64,000 nucleotides of DNA from Aplysia californica (lineage: Eukaryota). The notes under the pieces were generated by a model. That model was given only the letters and a program-made list of their open reading frames with translations, did no database searches and had not been told where the DNA came from. The position numbers and the translations under genes are program-made. Where the stretch lies: positions 1,786,934-1,850,933 of the forward strand of contig NW_004797277.1 of the NCBI RefSeq assembly GCF_000002075.1. Reading direction: 5' to 3'. Positions 13,409-26,715 of the stretch are shown one piece after another; position 1 is the first letter of the stretch; each line of letters starts with the position of its first letter.

Positions 13409-13881
13409 GTATAAAAATCTGTCTATTTTTTGTTTGCTTTTTGCTCATTACTTTTACATTCTACTTTTATTTCTAGGTGAAGTTATTTCTAGTCAAATGC
13501 TTGGACGACGTGAAGATTGATGCGGAATTTAAAGTTTTGCAATCATTTTACTTTAAACTCGAGTGTTGTAGCCAAAACCAGGATTTGGAAAATGTTTTTG
13601 AAGGTAAAAGATTTTCTGAAAACATCAATGCTTATCTGGGTTGATGGCCAATTTTAAACGTGCATTTCTCTTTCAGAGTCATTTTTGGGGGAAATGCTTG
13701 AAAATGTAAGCTGTTCGTTGATGTGCTGGGACTGTTTTATTAAAATGTTCCAGTGTAAAATGTACTTCCCCTTTGAGATAAATAAGATCTTTCTTTTTCT
13801 AATGTAAGAATATATTTCAAGATGTGTTGTAACATTTTAGTCTTTTTTATACAGCTTATTTTTTAAATTTATTTTTTTCAG

Positions 13882-14004
13882 TGGCATATTGTGGGGTCTC
13901 AGAAGTAAACCTCACCTGAAGTTCCAGCTCAAGGGGAAATATGCATTTATACATTTCTACAGTGATGCTGCCTTCACCTTGCCAGGTTTCAATATTTCTT
14001 ATGT
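13882..14004 (+). CDS. ATRN: Attractin exon: CUB C-terminal part
   Basis: GILWGL...YAFIHFYSDAAFTLPGFNISY; phase 2/2. Confidence 0.92.
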
Positions 14005-14407
14005 GTAAGTATCTACTTCATAATTTTTTTGGTGTGGTTGTTACGTGTTTTGCCTTCAAAGACAGAAGACATGAGTTTATTTCTCATGTAGGGGGGTTTT
14101 TGTTTTTTTATCAAGTATCAAGTATCCATCTCAGTAGAGGCCGGCCCTGATAAAATCGAAACAGTTCGCCTCCTGCTGAGGGATCTAAATTGTGTAAATA
14201 TGTTGATGGGGATGTAAAACGTTAACAATTTTGAAAAAAATAATAAAATTCTTTTGTCCTTTGTTTTAAGCAGTCTTGGACTTTTTTTTCCTGTGTGACT
14301 ACAGTTTTCCCAAGTCTGTTGAGTGATTGGAATAGTGGAATAAAACTATTGTGTTTGCACTTTTGTCAGTTGTTATGAATTTTCAATTGGAGACTTTTTG
14401 ATTTCAG

Positions 14408-14586
14408 AATTGACGACTGTGCCTTGGAATGCTCAGAAAATGGAGTCTGCAACAACAGTGTGTGTCAGTGTCAGCCTGGATTCACAGGACAGAACTGTGA
14501 CTCTGTAATTGATCATTGTGCTTTCAACTGCTCAGATTATGGCGTTTGTGACAATGGTGCTTGTGACTGTTTCGACGAATACCAGG
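14408..14586 (+). CDS. ATRN: Attractin exon: two EGF-like repeats
   Basis: IDDCALECSENGVCNNSVCQCQPGFTGQNC...CSDYGVCDNGACDCFDEYQG. Confidence 0.92.
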
Positions 14587-15019
14587 GTTAGTGTGTATGC
14601 ATGAATTGTAAAGGGCATTGTTGGACATCCGGTGCCATTTGATCTCTGGTGCTACACTGTTTCATAAAAATGTGTCCTTGGTTTGAAGATGGTTATTATT
14701 TTAACATTGTCAGAAAACACTCTATTTCTTGGTATTTTATTGCATTTTCAATTGTACTGTAGTGTGCGACTTTTCATCTGATATAGCTGATAGAGTTGTT
14801 TCATTCAGCATGCATGTATATATAAAAACAGCGCTTAGACTTTCTGTATTGGTTTTCTAAGAGACTGCTTCATGAGAACATTCATCTTATCTTGGTAGTC
14901 GTAAGATTCACAGACCTTTATTTTTTAAATCTAGGCTCTCAGTGGCTGAGTTGACCGTGACAAACAGGTTGTTATATAAGTATTTTCCCCACTGTAGTGA
15001 CATGTTACTTTCTCTACAG

Positions 15020-15191
15020 GCCCTTACTGCAGTATTTCCAAACGAGACCTATATGTGAACACCATGCCACTGCCTCCTCGTGCCTTGTCAAGAAGAGCTT
15101 CCTTGTCCTTATTGGCTGATGGCGATGGAGATCTTTGGATACTAGGAGGCTACAAGATGGGTGACATGAGACCAGATAACAACATGTTCAA
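15020..15191 (+). CDS. ATRN: Attractin exon: Kelch 1
   Basis: PYCSISK...SRRASLSLLADGDGDLWILGGYKMG. Confidence 0.88.
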
Positions 15192-15402
15192 GTATGTTTA
15201 AATCAATTATGTTCCAGACACTTTAAAGTGAATCTGTTACAGCAATTTTTTTGCCAACCAAAATGTTTAACTTGTGTCTGCATTGGTCAAATATTTTTGG
15301 TTGTCTGCAGGAAAATTAACTTTTCAGCTAAAAAGCAATCTCAGGTTTTCAGAAAGGCATGGGGCAATGACAGTCACCATCTGTAAATTTGTGTAGACTT
15401 AA

Positions 15403-16013
15403 CTCTTTCTGGGCGTAGTTTTTTGACATAATTAACTTGTGGCTCGATATGGCTATGAAGATGGTGTACAAAATAACTTCATAAAAGCATTACCATCACT
15501 CAAAGCGTAATATATGATATATCAAATCGAAGAAAATATGAATGAGGAATACATCCCAATATAGAACAAGGATTAAGTTTGAACATAACTATGCCTTAGA
15601 AGGGTTAGAAATGGCGATGGTGATGAGAAAAATAAATTTTGATGAAAACAATTACATTCACCAAACATGTGAAAGCAAATCAGCATAGCTATCTTATCAT
15701 ACTCAGGCCAAGAGCATAATCCATAAGTTTCTGAATGTGCAGCTTTTTATTTGAAAGCAATATTCCAAATTTTGTTTGACTTGTGATATTTATACTGAGG
15801 CCGATTACATCGTTTTGTTGATGCAAGACCGGAAGAACTAATTCACTCGTTTTTCCCTAAACCCAGGCTTTGGCAAAGTGAAACTAGATGTTTTCGTTCC
15901 GAATTTTTCAATACCTATAACGAGTTATTATACATGAAGGATCGTGTTAAAATGCAGCTATACTGAGGCACCCTATCACAACCGATATATCTCGGCGATA
16001 CGTCCGGAAAGAG
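15403..16013. mobile_element. TTAA-targeting (piggyBac-like) MITE
   Basis: TTAA|CTCTTTCTGGGCGTA ... TACGTCCGGAAAGAG|TTAA. Confidence 0.75.
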
Positions 16014-16933
16014 TTAACGCTTGAGCTCATTCTGGCATGCTCAGTCCAGGCTATCTTAGATTCCTATGTTTGCTGTTTGCAATGCTGTTTTAATTTGGCC
16101 TTTGTTTTGGTTGTCAACTTTGTTTAATCTGGCTCATTGTTTTTGCTTACATTTTCCTTGTTACAAGTACATTGTTGTGTTGAATTTAAGGTATTTTAAA
16201 GACAGTCTAATGGTAAACTAAGCCCACTAGCAATCAATTGTTATCACTAGAGCTCACATTATTACGTTTACTAAATCTTTCAACAGTGTGAGTAATGCTT
16301 CTTTACCAATGTCATTATGTCTGATCAATTGATTTTTCAGTGAAAGTCAGTATCGTAGACAAATTTGAATGGACACAGCTGAAGGAGAAAGATAGTACTG
16401 GCAGCCTTATGCCTGAACGCATTCTGAAATTTGTTAGCCAAGTATGATTTATTGTTGACTCAGATATAGCAAGATTGTCCCATGATCATCCATATCAGTG
16501 GATGTTCCGATAAGAAAAGAGAGTTGCTGTTGAAACTCAATCTCTGTGGGCAGTGTTGAAGTAATCTTTTTCCATAAATATTTAATGGGTTGTTTTTTTT
16601 AAAGTTTTATGCAACTAGAAATACTCTTTATGGCTAAATTTGTAACCTGTGTTTAAAAAACGAAACTACTTTTCCATTCACTATTTTCAGAGCCCACTCA
16701 CAAGTCTATTAAAGAGAAATTGGACAGCTTAAACAGACAAGTGCTGTATGCACTCGAACTTTATTTCTCTGTTGGCTGTGTCATTATTGTATTTTACACT
16801 AAGTGTGTCCTTGTTTGGTGATTTTTCTGTTTCTTTCATTAAATACTGGAAGAGGAGGAAAGCTTTTATTTTGAAGATTTGTTATACTCTTTTCATGTTT
16901 TATGTAAATGGAAATTCTTTGTACTATATTCAG

Positions 16934-17024
16934 GTACATTCCACGGAATAAAACCTGGGAACAACCAACAGAAATTGGAATGTCGCCATTGTCTAGATAT
17001 GGACACTCTGCTGTTTACTACAAA
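16934..17024 (+). CDS. ATRN: Attractin exon: Kelch
   Basis: YIPRNKTWEQPTEIGMSPLSRYGHSAVYYK. Confidence 0.92.
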
Positions 17025-17284
17025 GTAAGTGGAAACTTTGATCCATTTGACTTCAGATCTTACCTTAAGTCAGGGTTTAAGGTTTTTGTATTTTTAAATA
17101 TAAAAAAAAAAATTATTAGTTAGCTTGTTTGGTGTTGTGGGTTTTTAACATTTTTTTGAACAGGGTACGTTCAGGTCTTTTTGTTTCTGGAAATATGGGA
17201 GGTAAGGTGATACCTTATAAATGACTGAAATTGAAGTGAAAAAAATGTGAAATTATGTCTTTTTAAAACACTTATTTTCTACAG

Positions 17285-17498
17285 AATGCATTTTTCATAT
17301 ATGGAGGTGTGAGCAATACTCGAGTGCTGAAGGACTTTTGGAAGTACGACATTGTAGGAAAGTCATGGAGCGAATTCTCACCTGGTCCTCGCAACATCTC
17401 GGGCCACACAGCACATGTTTATGAAGACACAATGATTGTGTTTTTTGGCTACAGCAGTGATTTCGGCTACTCCAGTAAAGTCATGGAGTATAATTTTA
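17285..17498 (+). CDS. ATRN: Attractin exon: Kelch
   Basis: NAFFIYGGVS...ISGHTAHVYEDTMIVFFGYSSDFGYSSKVMEYNF. Confidence 0.93.
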
Positions 17499-17891
17499 GT
17501 AAGTTTTTTTTCTTTCCTGTAGCCACCGATATAATCAGATGCTTGGACTAAGTTTAAGTACTTATTACTAATTTGCTGCCTTTTAAGATAGATGTCAGTG
17601 TAAGAAAAATGAAGGAAAGATGTAAATGTTGGGCTGAATGTATACTAGACTTCTATTACTTTGAAGTACTGGCTAATATCAGTGCTTGCAACTTGTACCT
17701 TTAATGAAAGTAAACTTTAGTTCGTAGATAAGGCTTTTTAAGAGACTTAAGAGATATATCCTGATATGTCTATTGAATTTTTTTTTTGTATATAAAAGGG
17801 AATGTAGAAAGAGGGAGGAAGGAAAGTGATGGTGTTAAATGTAGGCGAGACTTGTTTTTTCTGATAAAATTATCACCAATTTCTCTTTCAG

Positions 17892-18075
17892 CCTCTGGAA
17901 ATTGGACTGTAGATGAAACGACTGGCAGTCGCGTCCAGGGTGGATACGGTCATACCAGCGTGTTTGACCACAGGCGAATAAAGATTTATGTGTATGGAGG
18001 GTATCACTCTCAGGGAACCTCCAACTACAAGCTGACTGATAAATTATATCAGTATGACCCAGTACTGAAAGAATG
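17892..18075 (+). CDS. ATRN: Attractin exon: Kelch
   Basis: SGNWTVDETTGSRVQGGYGHTSVFD...IYVYGGYH...YQYDPVLKEW. Confidence 0.93.
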
Positions 18076-18676
18076 GTATGAAACCTTTTGGTTGTCTTTT
18101 ACTGATATTATTTCACCAATCTGAAAAAGAATGATTTTGTCAAGTACTCTTGCGAAATAAGTAGTCTTATGTTTCCTTGTTAGAACTCTCATCAGATTAA
18201 AAAGGTTACTGCATGAAATTTTGATCTTCATGACATTCTATGAAAGTGCTATGTTGTGTAGTTTGCTAACACAAGTAGTTCCTCAGAATTTGGCAGAGAA
18301 GTTTAAAAACCATTTGGTGAAGGGATATGTTTGGAAATTATTTTTTTTAAATGTGACATTTTCTCACTAACTACTGATCTCTTACATAGTTTATTCTAAA
18401 GTATTCTCAGCAGCTCAGTATTGTAACCTGAAGTAAGAATTGCTTCTTCTTTCAGTGTCCTCATTTCAAATTGCATATTTTATAAGAAAGTTTGAGGCCT
18501 ATGATAGTTGTAAAGTACCAGAATGATTCATCGCAAGTCTAGGTTTTGTCTGGAGAACTAGACTGCTCTCATCATTTAGTAGCACAGTTGCATGGGATTG
18601 AACTTCCTTAATAATTCTACTGGCATGGTTTATAAACAGTGTCAATGTGGAATCATCTTGGATTTTTTCCCCCCAG

Positions 18677-18831
18677 GTTTGTACTACGTAGCAGTGGTTC
18701 TGCTCGCTACTTACATTCTGCGGCCATGATGAATGGATTGATGATAACATTTGGAGGCAACATCAACAATGATACAAGGCTGGGCCCACAAGCTAAATGT
18801 TTTGCCTCAGACTTCATGGTTTATGACAGAG
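18677..18831 (+). CDS. ATRN: Attractin exon: Kelch
   Basis: SGSARYLHSAAMMNGLMITFGGNINNDT...AKCFASDFMVYDR. Confidence 0.93.
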
Positions 18832-19052
18832 GTAAATGTTGGTACAAGAGGAAAAGAATTACTAGATGAAAATCTGCTGTGTCGAGGCAGTAAATTCATA
18901 TTTAGTAGGAATTCGGTGGTCCGATGCTATAGCAATTTGTGAAAATGTTCCTTTTCCTGTTCCTTTGAATTTTGACTATATGAATCGGATGGAATTATTT
19001 TGAGATATTTGTGTAGTGTTTTTGAATAGTCAGCTATCAATGTCAGACATTA

Positions 19053-19412
19053 ATAATAATGACAATAATAATAATAATAGATAGCATTTGCATTGCTCGA
19101 ATTCCAACTCAACAGCAAGCTTTAGGTGCTTTACAATCTATATTATTACCCCAGTAGGCCTGATAGCATTCTAAAACAATCTGAACTTCCTTGGAAGCAT
19201 TCAATGCCAGCTGCCGTTATGCAGACACTAAAACACTACCATACTGACAAGATCTCTTGCTGTCTAAGGCTGGATACCCATTCACACCTGGGTGAAGTAA
19301 GGAAAGTTAGTGTTAAGTTCCTTTCCCAGGGTTAAAACATCAGGCCTGAGGCTTGAATCCCAAACCCGCAACCTCACAAATACGATTCTGGTAGCCTATC
19401 AACTAGACTACT
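19053..19412 (-). mobile_element. Degenerate tRNA-derived SINE
   Basis: Minus-strand decayed A/B-box head near 19350-19412, core CACCCAGGTGTGAATGGGTATCC, (ATT)n tail. Confidence 0.5.
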
Positions 19413-19479
19413 GATGTGATGTTAGGGGCCAACCGTTCAGCTGACAAATGGTTGTTATATTATTTTTCCTTTTTTTCAG

Positions 19480-19573
19480 ATTGCAATAGTTGGTTTACTC
19501 TTCCAACCCCGGAAATAGTTGGGGACTCAGAAGGTATTGACCGTTTTGGACAAGCAATGGTCAGCGTCAACAA
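19480..19573 (+). CDS. ATRN: Attractin exon: Kelch
   Basis: CNSWFTLPTPEIVGDSEGIDRFGQAMVSVN. Confidence 0.9.
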
Positions 19574-20145
19574 GTAAGTAATTTGTAACTGCTGTTTTAT
19601 GTGTTTCTTTTCTTTAGGATTCTCCATTCTGCTCCACAGCTTACTTCATCTCAAGTTTTGAGTTTTGGGGTTTTAAAATATTTCCTTGGCCTTTTTTATT
19701 TAAGTGAATAAAACAGTGGTTTTCTTCTTGTTTATTCTTGGTTATTTTTGCTAAAATCTTCACTTGATAGTTTAAGATATACATTATGACAGGCAGAAGT
19801 ATGAGGGGGTGGAGGGGTGGTTTTGTTATGTGTTCATTGACTTTTTATATCAGCTGTGTTCGTTCAAAGTATGACTCTTGTTTTCATTTTAATTTTTACT
19901 ATAAAAGTGATTGAGTGATTATTTTCATTATTCGGTGCTCTGTTGTCGGTGTGAGTTATGTCTTTCTCGGACTCCTAAAAACTGTTGTATAATGGGTGAA
20001 TTAGTGAATGACAGTGAAGTATTGCTTTGCGTTCTATAATGAAGCAGATTTATCGTGGGGAAAATGGGTTACTAAGTATTCGCTGTGGTTTTATGTATGT
20101 ATCTCTCAATATTCTATGTTAAATTTTGTTTGTTTCATATTTCAG

Positions 20146-20210
20146 CGTGATATACATGTTTGGTGGTTTCAACTCTATTGCAAAGTATGACTTGCTAGAA
20201 ATAAGAGCTG
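20146..20210 (+). CDS. ATRN: Attractin exon: end of Kelch 6
   Basis: VIYMFGGFNSIAKYDLLEIRA. Confidence 0.9.
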
Positions 20211-20586
20211 GTAAGTACAGTTTTTCTTTGATTTTTGTGTACTCCAGAAGCTGTTCAAGTACTATCAAGAATGTGACAGTTATGATTATGTTGTAGGTAT
20301 AAAGCTGTTACACTACACATGATTATTTCTGTAAGCTTTTAATTGAATGATTTAAATTGAATTCATTTTAGTCCTTTCTCATGTTTTTAATTATATACCT
20401 CTTTGGGTTTTAACATTTAATGAAGCAACTTTTAAAACTGTTTCTCTCTGCCTGTTACATTTCATGTGCCTTTTTAGGTCTGAAAAATCATGTGGTTATT
20501 TAAAAATTTGTAAAATGTTCAATGTTTTCATTATTTGTTATATCTAAAAAAAAAAAAATTAATTATGTCGTTGTGGTTTGTTTCAG

Positions 20587-20724
20587 GAAACTGCTCTTTC
20601 TATGAAAATGAGAACTCCTGCTCCCAAGCTCGACCAGGAGTGAAGTGCTTGTGGGAGGGATCACAGTGCAGAATGGATGATGTGATTGGGGATGAAACAC
20701 ATGACAACTGCCCAAATTCACAAG
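20587..20724 (+). CDS. ATRN: Attractin exon: PSI-like
   Basis: NCSFYENENSCSQARPGVKCLWEGSQC. Confidence 0.9.
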
Positions 20725-21529
20725 GTTAGAAAAAGTTGATGCATTTGTATCTTTTACAGTTTAGCTGTAGTAATCTAGCATGGTATTGTGACAGAATTTG
20801 TTGTTTATTGTTTTAAAAAGAATAATTTCAGGGGTGGGGGGGTGTTTGTTGTAAAATTTCATTTTCCTGTTGTACTTTTCATGCTTTGCTACAGTTTGAA
20901 GGAAAGAACAGGTTGAAAGCTTTTGATATTTTGAAAGGCAGATAAAGTTTAAAACAGAATTTTCATTTTGAGCTCTTCGTGCGGAAGGGTTTTGTTATGT
21001 TCGGTTATGCTTTTCTACAGTAGTTTCAGCTGTTCATAATCTTCCTCACGTCTCTCAATTTCTGAATACAGCTTTTTGTTATGTCTTCCTATGTTGTGTT
21101 TTCATCCTGTTCAAAGAAAACTTTGAGTTGATGGTTTTTGTACAGCAGATGTTTAGAGGAAGGATGTGTTTGTTAACCCTTTCCATGCTGACACATTTCC
21201 ATTTTTGTTTGCACAGACAAGATGACAAGATAAAATGTTCATTCAAGAGAGATTTTAATATATTTCCCCTCTTTAAGAATATCCAACTGTACAAGTTGTA
21301 AATACATCTTTTAGAATGTTTTCTGTAAAGCAGTAGAATAAAATAGCATAGAACAAATTTGGGAGATCACACGTGAGTAAATATGTATGTCTGCACAGCA
21401 TTGAAGAGGTTGGTATAGAAACACTCTCTAAGTTCAGTTTTTCTTCTTAATCTTTGCCTTATTTTTGCGCACAAAGCAAATATTTAAAGGGAAGAAAATG
21501 TGTAGGTTGTAGGGTTTTTTTTATTAGGG

Positions 21530-21817
21530 NNNNNNNNNNNNNNNNNNNNNNNNNNNNNNNNNNNNNNNNNNNNNNNNNNNNNNNNNNNNNNNNNNNNNNN
21601 NNNNNNNNNNNNNNNNNNNNNNNNNNNNNNNNNNNNNNNNNNNNNNNNNNNNNNNNNNNNNNNNNNNNNNNNNNNNNNNNNNNNNNNNNNNNNNNNNNNN
21701 NNNNNNNNNNNNNNNNNNNNNNNNNNNNNNNNNNNNNNNNNNNNNNNNNNNNNNNNNNNNNNNNNNNNNNNNNNNNNNNNNNNNNNNNNNNNNNNNNNNN
21801 NNNNNNNNNNNNNNNNN
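21530..21817. other. Assembly gap (N run), probably hiding an attractin exon
   Basis: 288 N; the flanking exons are phase 1 and phase 0. Confidence 0.9.
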
Positions 21818-22187
21818 GGCAGGAGGTTGGAGGTGTGGGCGGCCAGGCGCTTAAAAGCTGTAGTGTATGTTTTATTGAGAAAAGAATAGGAATATCTTAC
21901 ATCATTTGAGTTCTTGTGATAAAAGTGTATTCTTTGAATGTGTGATATACTATCATGTTTTTACCCGATCTATGTGCGTAAATGTGTCAAAAGGCTTGTA
22001 TCTTAATTGAATGTGGTGATTTTGATGCTTTGGGCTGGATTTCAGGAAATCTTTATCTCAGTTTGCATAAGGATGGAAATGGTTGTAGGGTTGGATACAT
22101 TTTGTTTTAATGAATATAGAGGAGAACACAATTCTTAATATTGTGACCTTTTTTTCTCTTACTATCTATTCATTATTTTCTTTACAG

Positions 22188-22311
22188 GAGGCATTGAACT
22201 GCACTGAAGATGTTGGTCAGTTCTGTGGCATGTTTCTCAAATGCAAAGCTTGTGAGGACCATCCTCAGTGTGTGTGGGACACAAGTGATAAATGTATTGA
22301 AAGGACAGGCA
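22188..22311 (+). CDS. ATRN: Attractin exon: PSI
   Basis: EALNCTEDVGQFCGMFLKCKACEDHPQCVWDTSDKC. Confidence 0.88.
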
Positions 22312-23066
22312 GTAAGTTGGTTAACTATTTCTTTCAATTGTTTTTTTTTTTTTGTATGTGTTTTTTTTGTTTTTCGTTCGTTCTGTTTTGGTTGCTGGTC
22401 CATATTATTGTCTTTGGCAATTTGCTCCCCCAAACGACATTTCGCAGCTTTGTGAGTTTACAGTATACGCTGGCAGTGTTGAGAGACTTGAAACATTGCC
22501 ATTACTGAATAACTGCTGAAAATTTTGGCCACCACTGGTTGATCCATTTCTTTCTTTTCTGTTTTTTTCTACCTCTCTATCTGTCTTTTTCTCCCTTGCA
22601 CCAAACAACCGTTATTGAGTTGGTGTGCTTCTCTTTGCTCAAACACTTTGGAGAGTACTCTTTATAATGAGTTTGTTGGGAGACAAACATTCAGGCTATA
22701 CATTCTAAGGAACAGAAATGTATTAGAAATGTTTGTGTGTCAGTCTAGACTGGGCGCTCTTGAACTCAGGTAATTTTGTGGAGTTTTCAAGGCTCTTAAC
22801 CCTTTGGGATTGGCCATGTCGGAGATAGACCTTAAATTCAGAGGTCCCAGTGTTGATAGGGGTGAAACCCATACTCTTACTCTAAAGAGTAACCTCGACA
22901 GCTAGAATTTTCATAGTACAATGTACATGTTCTAAAATTTTCATAGTACAATGTCAATGTTCGTTCGTAAACAGATGAGAGAGTTCAAAGAGATACTAAG
23001 CTTAATTTGTTATGACACTGCTATAAGCTTTGCTGTCATGAACAGTCTTTATTTTCCCATCCACAG

Positions 23067-23255
23067 GTGCTTTGACAGCTGGAAAGAGCACCTGTGACAA
23101 ACCTTGCAGTGGATTCTCGGGCTGTGAGAACTGCACCCAGGCCAAATGTATGTGGTGCAGCAGTTTGAACCAGTGCATTGACACAAACTCTTATGTGGTC
23201 TCCTTTCACTACGGTCAGTGTATGGACTGGACAACCAGCAGAAGCGCCTGTCAAG
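23067..23255 (+). CDS. ATRN: Attractin exon: PSI
   Basis: CDKPCSGFSGCENCTQAKCMWCSSLNQCIDTNSYVVSFHYGQCMDW. Confidence 0.94.
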
Positions 23256-24237
23256 GTAAGCTCTTTCATTATTTCTTGTCTCCTGGATAAGAAGAAGATT
23301 TGAATGGACCATTTCTTTAAGAAGACTTTTTGTTGCTTTCACAAGCTAACTCTAATGTTTCCTACTCACCCAGTACAGCATTGTCAAATGGAATTATACT
23401 CATTGCGACAGCAATGTCTTGTCAAAGTATGCCTTTGATTGAATGCTGAATGATTAATAAACGAAAAACGGTACTTGATGAATTAGATTGTCGGTGCTTG
23501 AAGCATTTTGTATAGTACCCTCGACATGAGCATTAAAGTATCCTTGAAATTGAATGTGTTCATTTGTGTAAAGAAGGTTGAGAAAGTTCATATAATGTTA
23601 GACATGGAGGAGGAATGAGCTTGAAAGCACTGCTGACGACATTTGATGATTATATTTCATCAAAATGTATTATTTGTCAGTTTACTTCTGTCCATGAAAG
23701 ACGAAGACTCCTTTGCTTTTTAAGAAGAGGGCTACAGCTGAGAGTTTTCTCACTTATTTGTTGACCAAATTTCAACACATTTCACACGTATAACAAGCGT
23801 AGTGGGAAATCTTCAAATATGCAATCAAATTGTAGGAACAAAGTTTTGTTGCTATGGAGACAGTCGCCATACTGGGTTTTGTTGACACGTCTTATTAAGT
23901 TAATATTTCTTTTATTTTCTATGGAAATAGGCTGTTATTTTGCATTCATGTTGGGGAAACAATAGCTCTATGAAAGTCACTGTTAAACTTTTTTCTAAAC
24001 AAATTACATGTAGAAACTTTTTAATGATTTTTTTCTTAAGGTAATATTCTAGGCTGAAAAAAATCTGCGAAAGTTCACACTCCAAACACCACCAAAAACT
24101 ATTCCATATATTGTAAATTCAACAGTGAATTTTATGATGTTACATCTCCTCTTCACTATGTGAAAATTTTATGAAGATTCTATGATTTAAAAAAAAAACA
24201 TTTGGGGGGGGGGTTGTTTGTTTTGTTTGGGGTTTTT

Positions 24238-24716
24238 TTGTAAGTGCTTTACGGCGCTTGCAACTGCATAAGGTCATGCGCGTGGGACACATTAAACATT
24301 TTCAGTTGTTAGGAAAGTTGAATTTTGTCCGGATGGTGGCTGAAGCCTACTCTTTACTTTTCGATTTTAGACCACCAATGGATCTTTAACCTTCACAATT
24401 TGCACACGAGATCTTGGAGATATTTCGCCCTTGTTCAAGAAGGCTAGGGAAAAGCAGGGGTGTGGCAGAAAGACAACAGTAAGAAGGAGCTAATGAGTAG
24501 CAGTAGAAAGATTCAGTATCCCAGAGGAGGGGGCAAAGGAGGTGAGGGGGTGGGGGCAGAAAGTAGAGATGAAAGCAGACGACAGAACATTGCTAGAGAG
24601 AAGGAAAGGAGGTGAAAGAAGACAATTTTAGAGAAGAAAAATGTACACCGCTATCCGAATTCGAACCCAGGACCTATCGCATGAGATGCGAACACCTTAA
24701 CCTCTAGGCCATGAGA
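24238..24716 (-). mobile_element. tRNA-derived SINE
   Basis: Minus-strand head TGGCCTAGAGGTTAAGGTGTTCGC...GGGTTCGAATTCGG (A and B boxes); 3' tail ATGACCTTATGCAGTTGCAAGCGCCGTAAA resembles other dispersed repeats here. Confidence 0.65.
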
Positions 24717-25093
24717 GCCCCAGATGAAAAATGGTGAAGTTATTGAAAAAAGTATATAGCAAAACATTGCTTTGAGAAACGGACTCTTTAAATAACTCAT
24801 ATGTGACAATATGAGGTTTGGGGTGGAGGGGGGGGGGTTCTTATGCGATGAAATAGTTGTGAGATAGGTGGAAGAAGCCAAAAATGCCTACATCTGAAGG
24901 TCAATAATTTTGTCCCAAATCCGAACTCTCCCTTACCCCACTCTCTTTAATCATACCGAGGAACAGTGTAATATTTTCTATTTTCATGCTTCATTCTATT
25001 CTAAGTGTACCATTTCAGTTCCACTTGTATATTGGTATTCTGATTTCTCGTTTTGTGTACAAGAATTGTGATTCATTGGTTGTTTCATGACAG

Positions 25094-25300
25094 CAAACAA
25101 ATGCTCGGCTTTAAAGAATTGTGAAGACTGCCAAGCACGGCCCAAGTGTGGATGGTGCAATGATGAATCTGAGACTGGCACGGGCGTTTGTTTTGAGGGA
25201 GGCATGAGTGGACCCATCAAACTAGTAGACAGCATGCCACAGCTTGATCAAGGCAAATGTCCTGATCTCAGCAACAGATGGTTCTTCAACAGCTGTCCCA
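25094..25300 (+). CDS. ATRN: Attractin exon: PSI
   Basis: KCSALKNCEDCQARPKCGWCNDESETGTGVCFEGGMSGP...WFFNSCP. Confidence 0.94.
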
Positions 25301-26538
25301 GTATGTGTCTCAAGTATTTTTTTAGAACATGGGGAAAGAGTGCGGGGGGTTATGGTTTCACTTCTCACTCAGCTGTTTTCACTGCCTGACAGAAACAAAG
25401 GGTAACAAAATTCTGAGAGACCTCTCCCAAGGTAACCTCTTGGCAAGGGTGGAGTGACCTTAATGCTTCATACTTTGAAGATACAGCAAAAATTAAGATT
25501 TGCACTTTGGATAAATGGCAGAGGTATCTTTTGTGTAATATATTATTCTTTTGGTAGTTACTTTGACTTGATAAAAAGCCAAATGTTAGAGCTGTGTGAG
25601 TTGATTGTTGTTGGGTTTTTTTGTTGTTGTATTGTTATGTGTTCCTGAACAGTTCTTTACAAGCTCACTTGTAATTATGTTCTACAGAATAACCCGTAAT
25701 CTATTTACTTATTGTTGTATCGTCTTAGTATTTTTGTTTCTTTGCCTCTAAACTGAATGTCTTTTTTTCATAATATAACTTAAACGTTATTTATTGTATA
25801 ACATAATACATTTTGTTTTCATGAGTTATTTGTATTTATAGAAGTGAGAAACATATTTTGAGACCTGAATGGCCTTTAGACCAGTTTTCAAGATTTGAGT
25901 TAGCACATGATTCTAAGTCACGGACAAGAAAGAGTACTATGATATCACAGTTGTTCTCTCCAGCAATTGCTGGTTCCCTATTCACTTCCGTGTGGCTTTG
26001 TATACCTGTTAAGTAGGCAGCATATGCTAGATGGCATTTGTTTAGTTTTTAGGACAAGATTGTCTTGGTATGATTCGCATAAAACTATGTATTTCTGCAT
26101 CTGTGGGCCAATTTGTCGGGTCTGTGTTTAAGGGTGTCAATGGTTAGCAAGTGTTCTGATGAGGCTTGCCTTTTCTGCTTCTTTGTAACATTGCAATTAG
26201 CATTATCTGTTCCATCGGAAATGTTATTGTGCAGATTTTCTAAGTGGTGCTGCCCAATGCAGCATGTATTACAGTTTCTGTGCATGGTCAGCCTCTTTCA
26301 ACACTGATGTGTGGATGATTGGATGGTGCCATTAATAAGTTCTGTTTCATTTCAAAGCAATTTGTTTCTTTTTCATCTTACTTTTTCCAAAACACTGTAA
26401 TGTCTAATGTCTACATGCTTTATGTAGGAAATGGTAAGTCAAATTAACAGATGAGGATCATGTGGAAGGTTTTTGAAAAATGATGGGAAGCTTTACAGTG
26501 AGTCCTTGTAACAACTGTATTCTTTTTTTGTGTTTCAG

Positions 26539-26613
26539 AGTGCCAGTGCAACGGTCATTCTATTTGCAAAAATGATTCTGACATTTGTGAGAACTGCACT
26601 TTCCCGATGTACG
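26539..26613 (+). CDS. ATRN: Attractin exon: laminin-type EGF 1a
   Basis: CQCNGHSICKNDSDICENCTFPMY. Confidence 0.92.
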
Positions 26614-26715
26614 GTACGTTTACAAATTATTTTGAATGGGTGAATTGAACCATCTTTAAAATATTTTATTATATATGGTGGACAGAAATAAGTTTTGTTC
26701 TAACTCTGTTTTCTG

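Noticed and set aside
21454-21909. ORFs containing X runs (also at 56.0-56.3 kb and 57.9-58.6 kb)
   Set aside because: Artefacts of N gaps.
24650-24716. tRNA genes here and at 44286 and 55598
   Set aside because: A and B boxes are present, but there is no clean cloverleaf and the sequence continues into SINE bodies.
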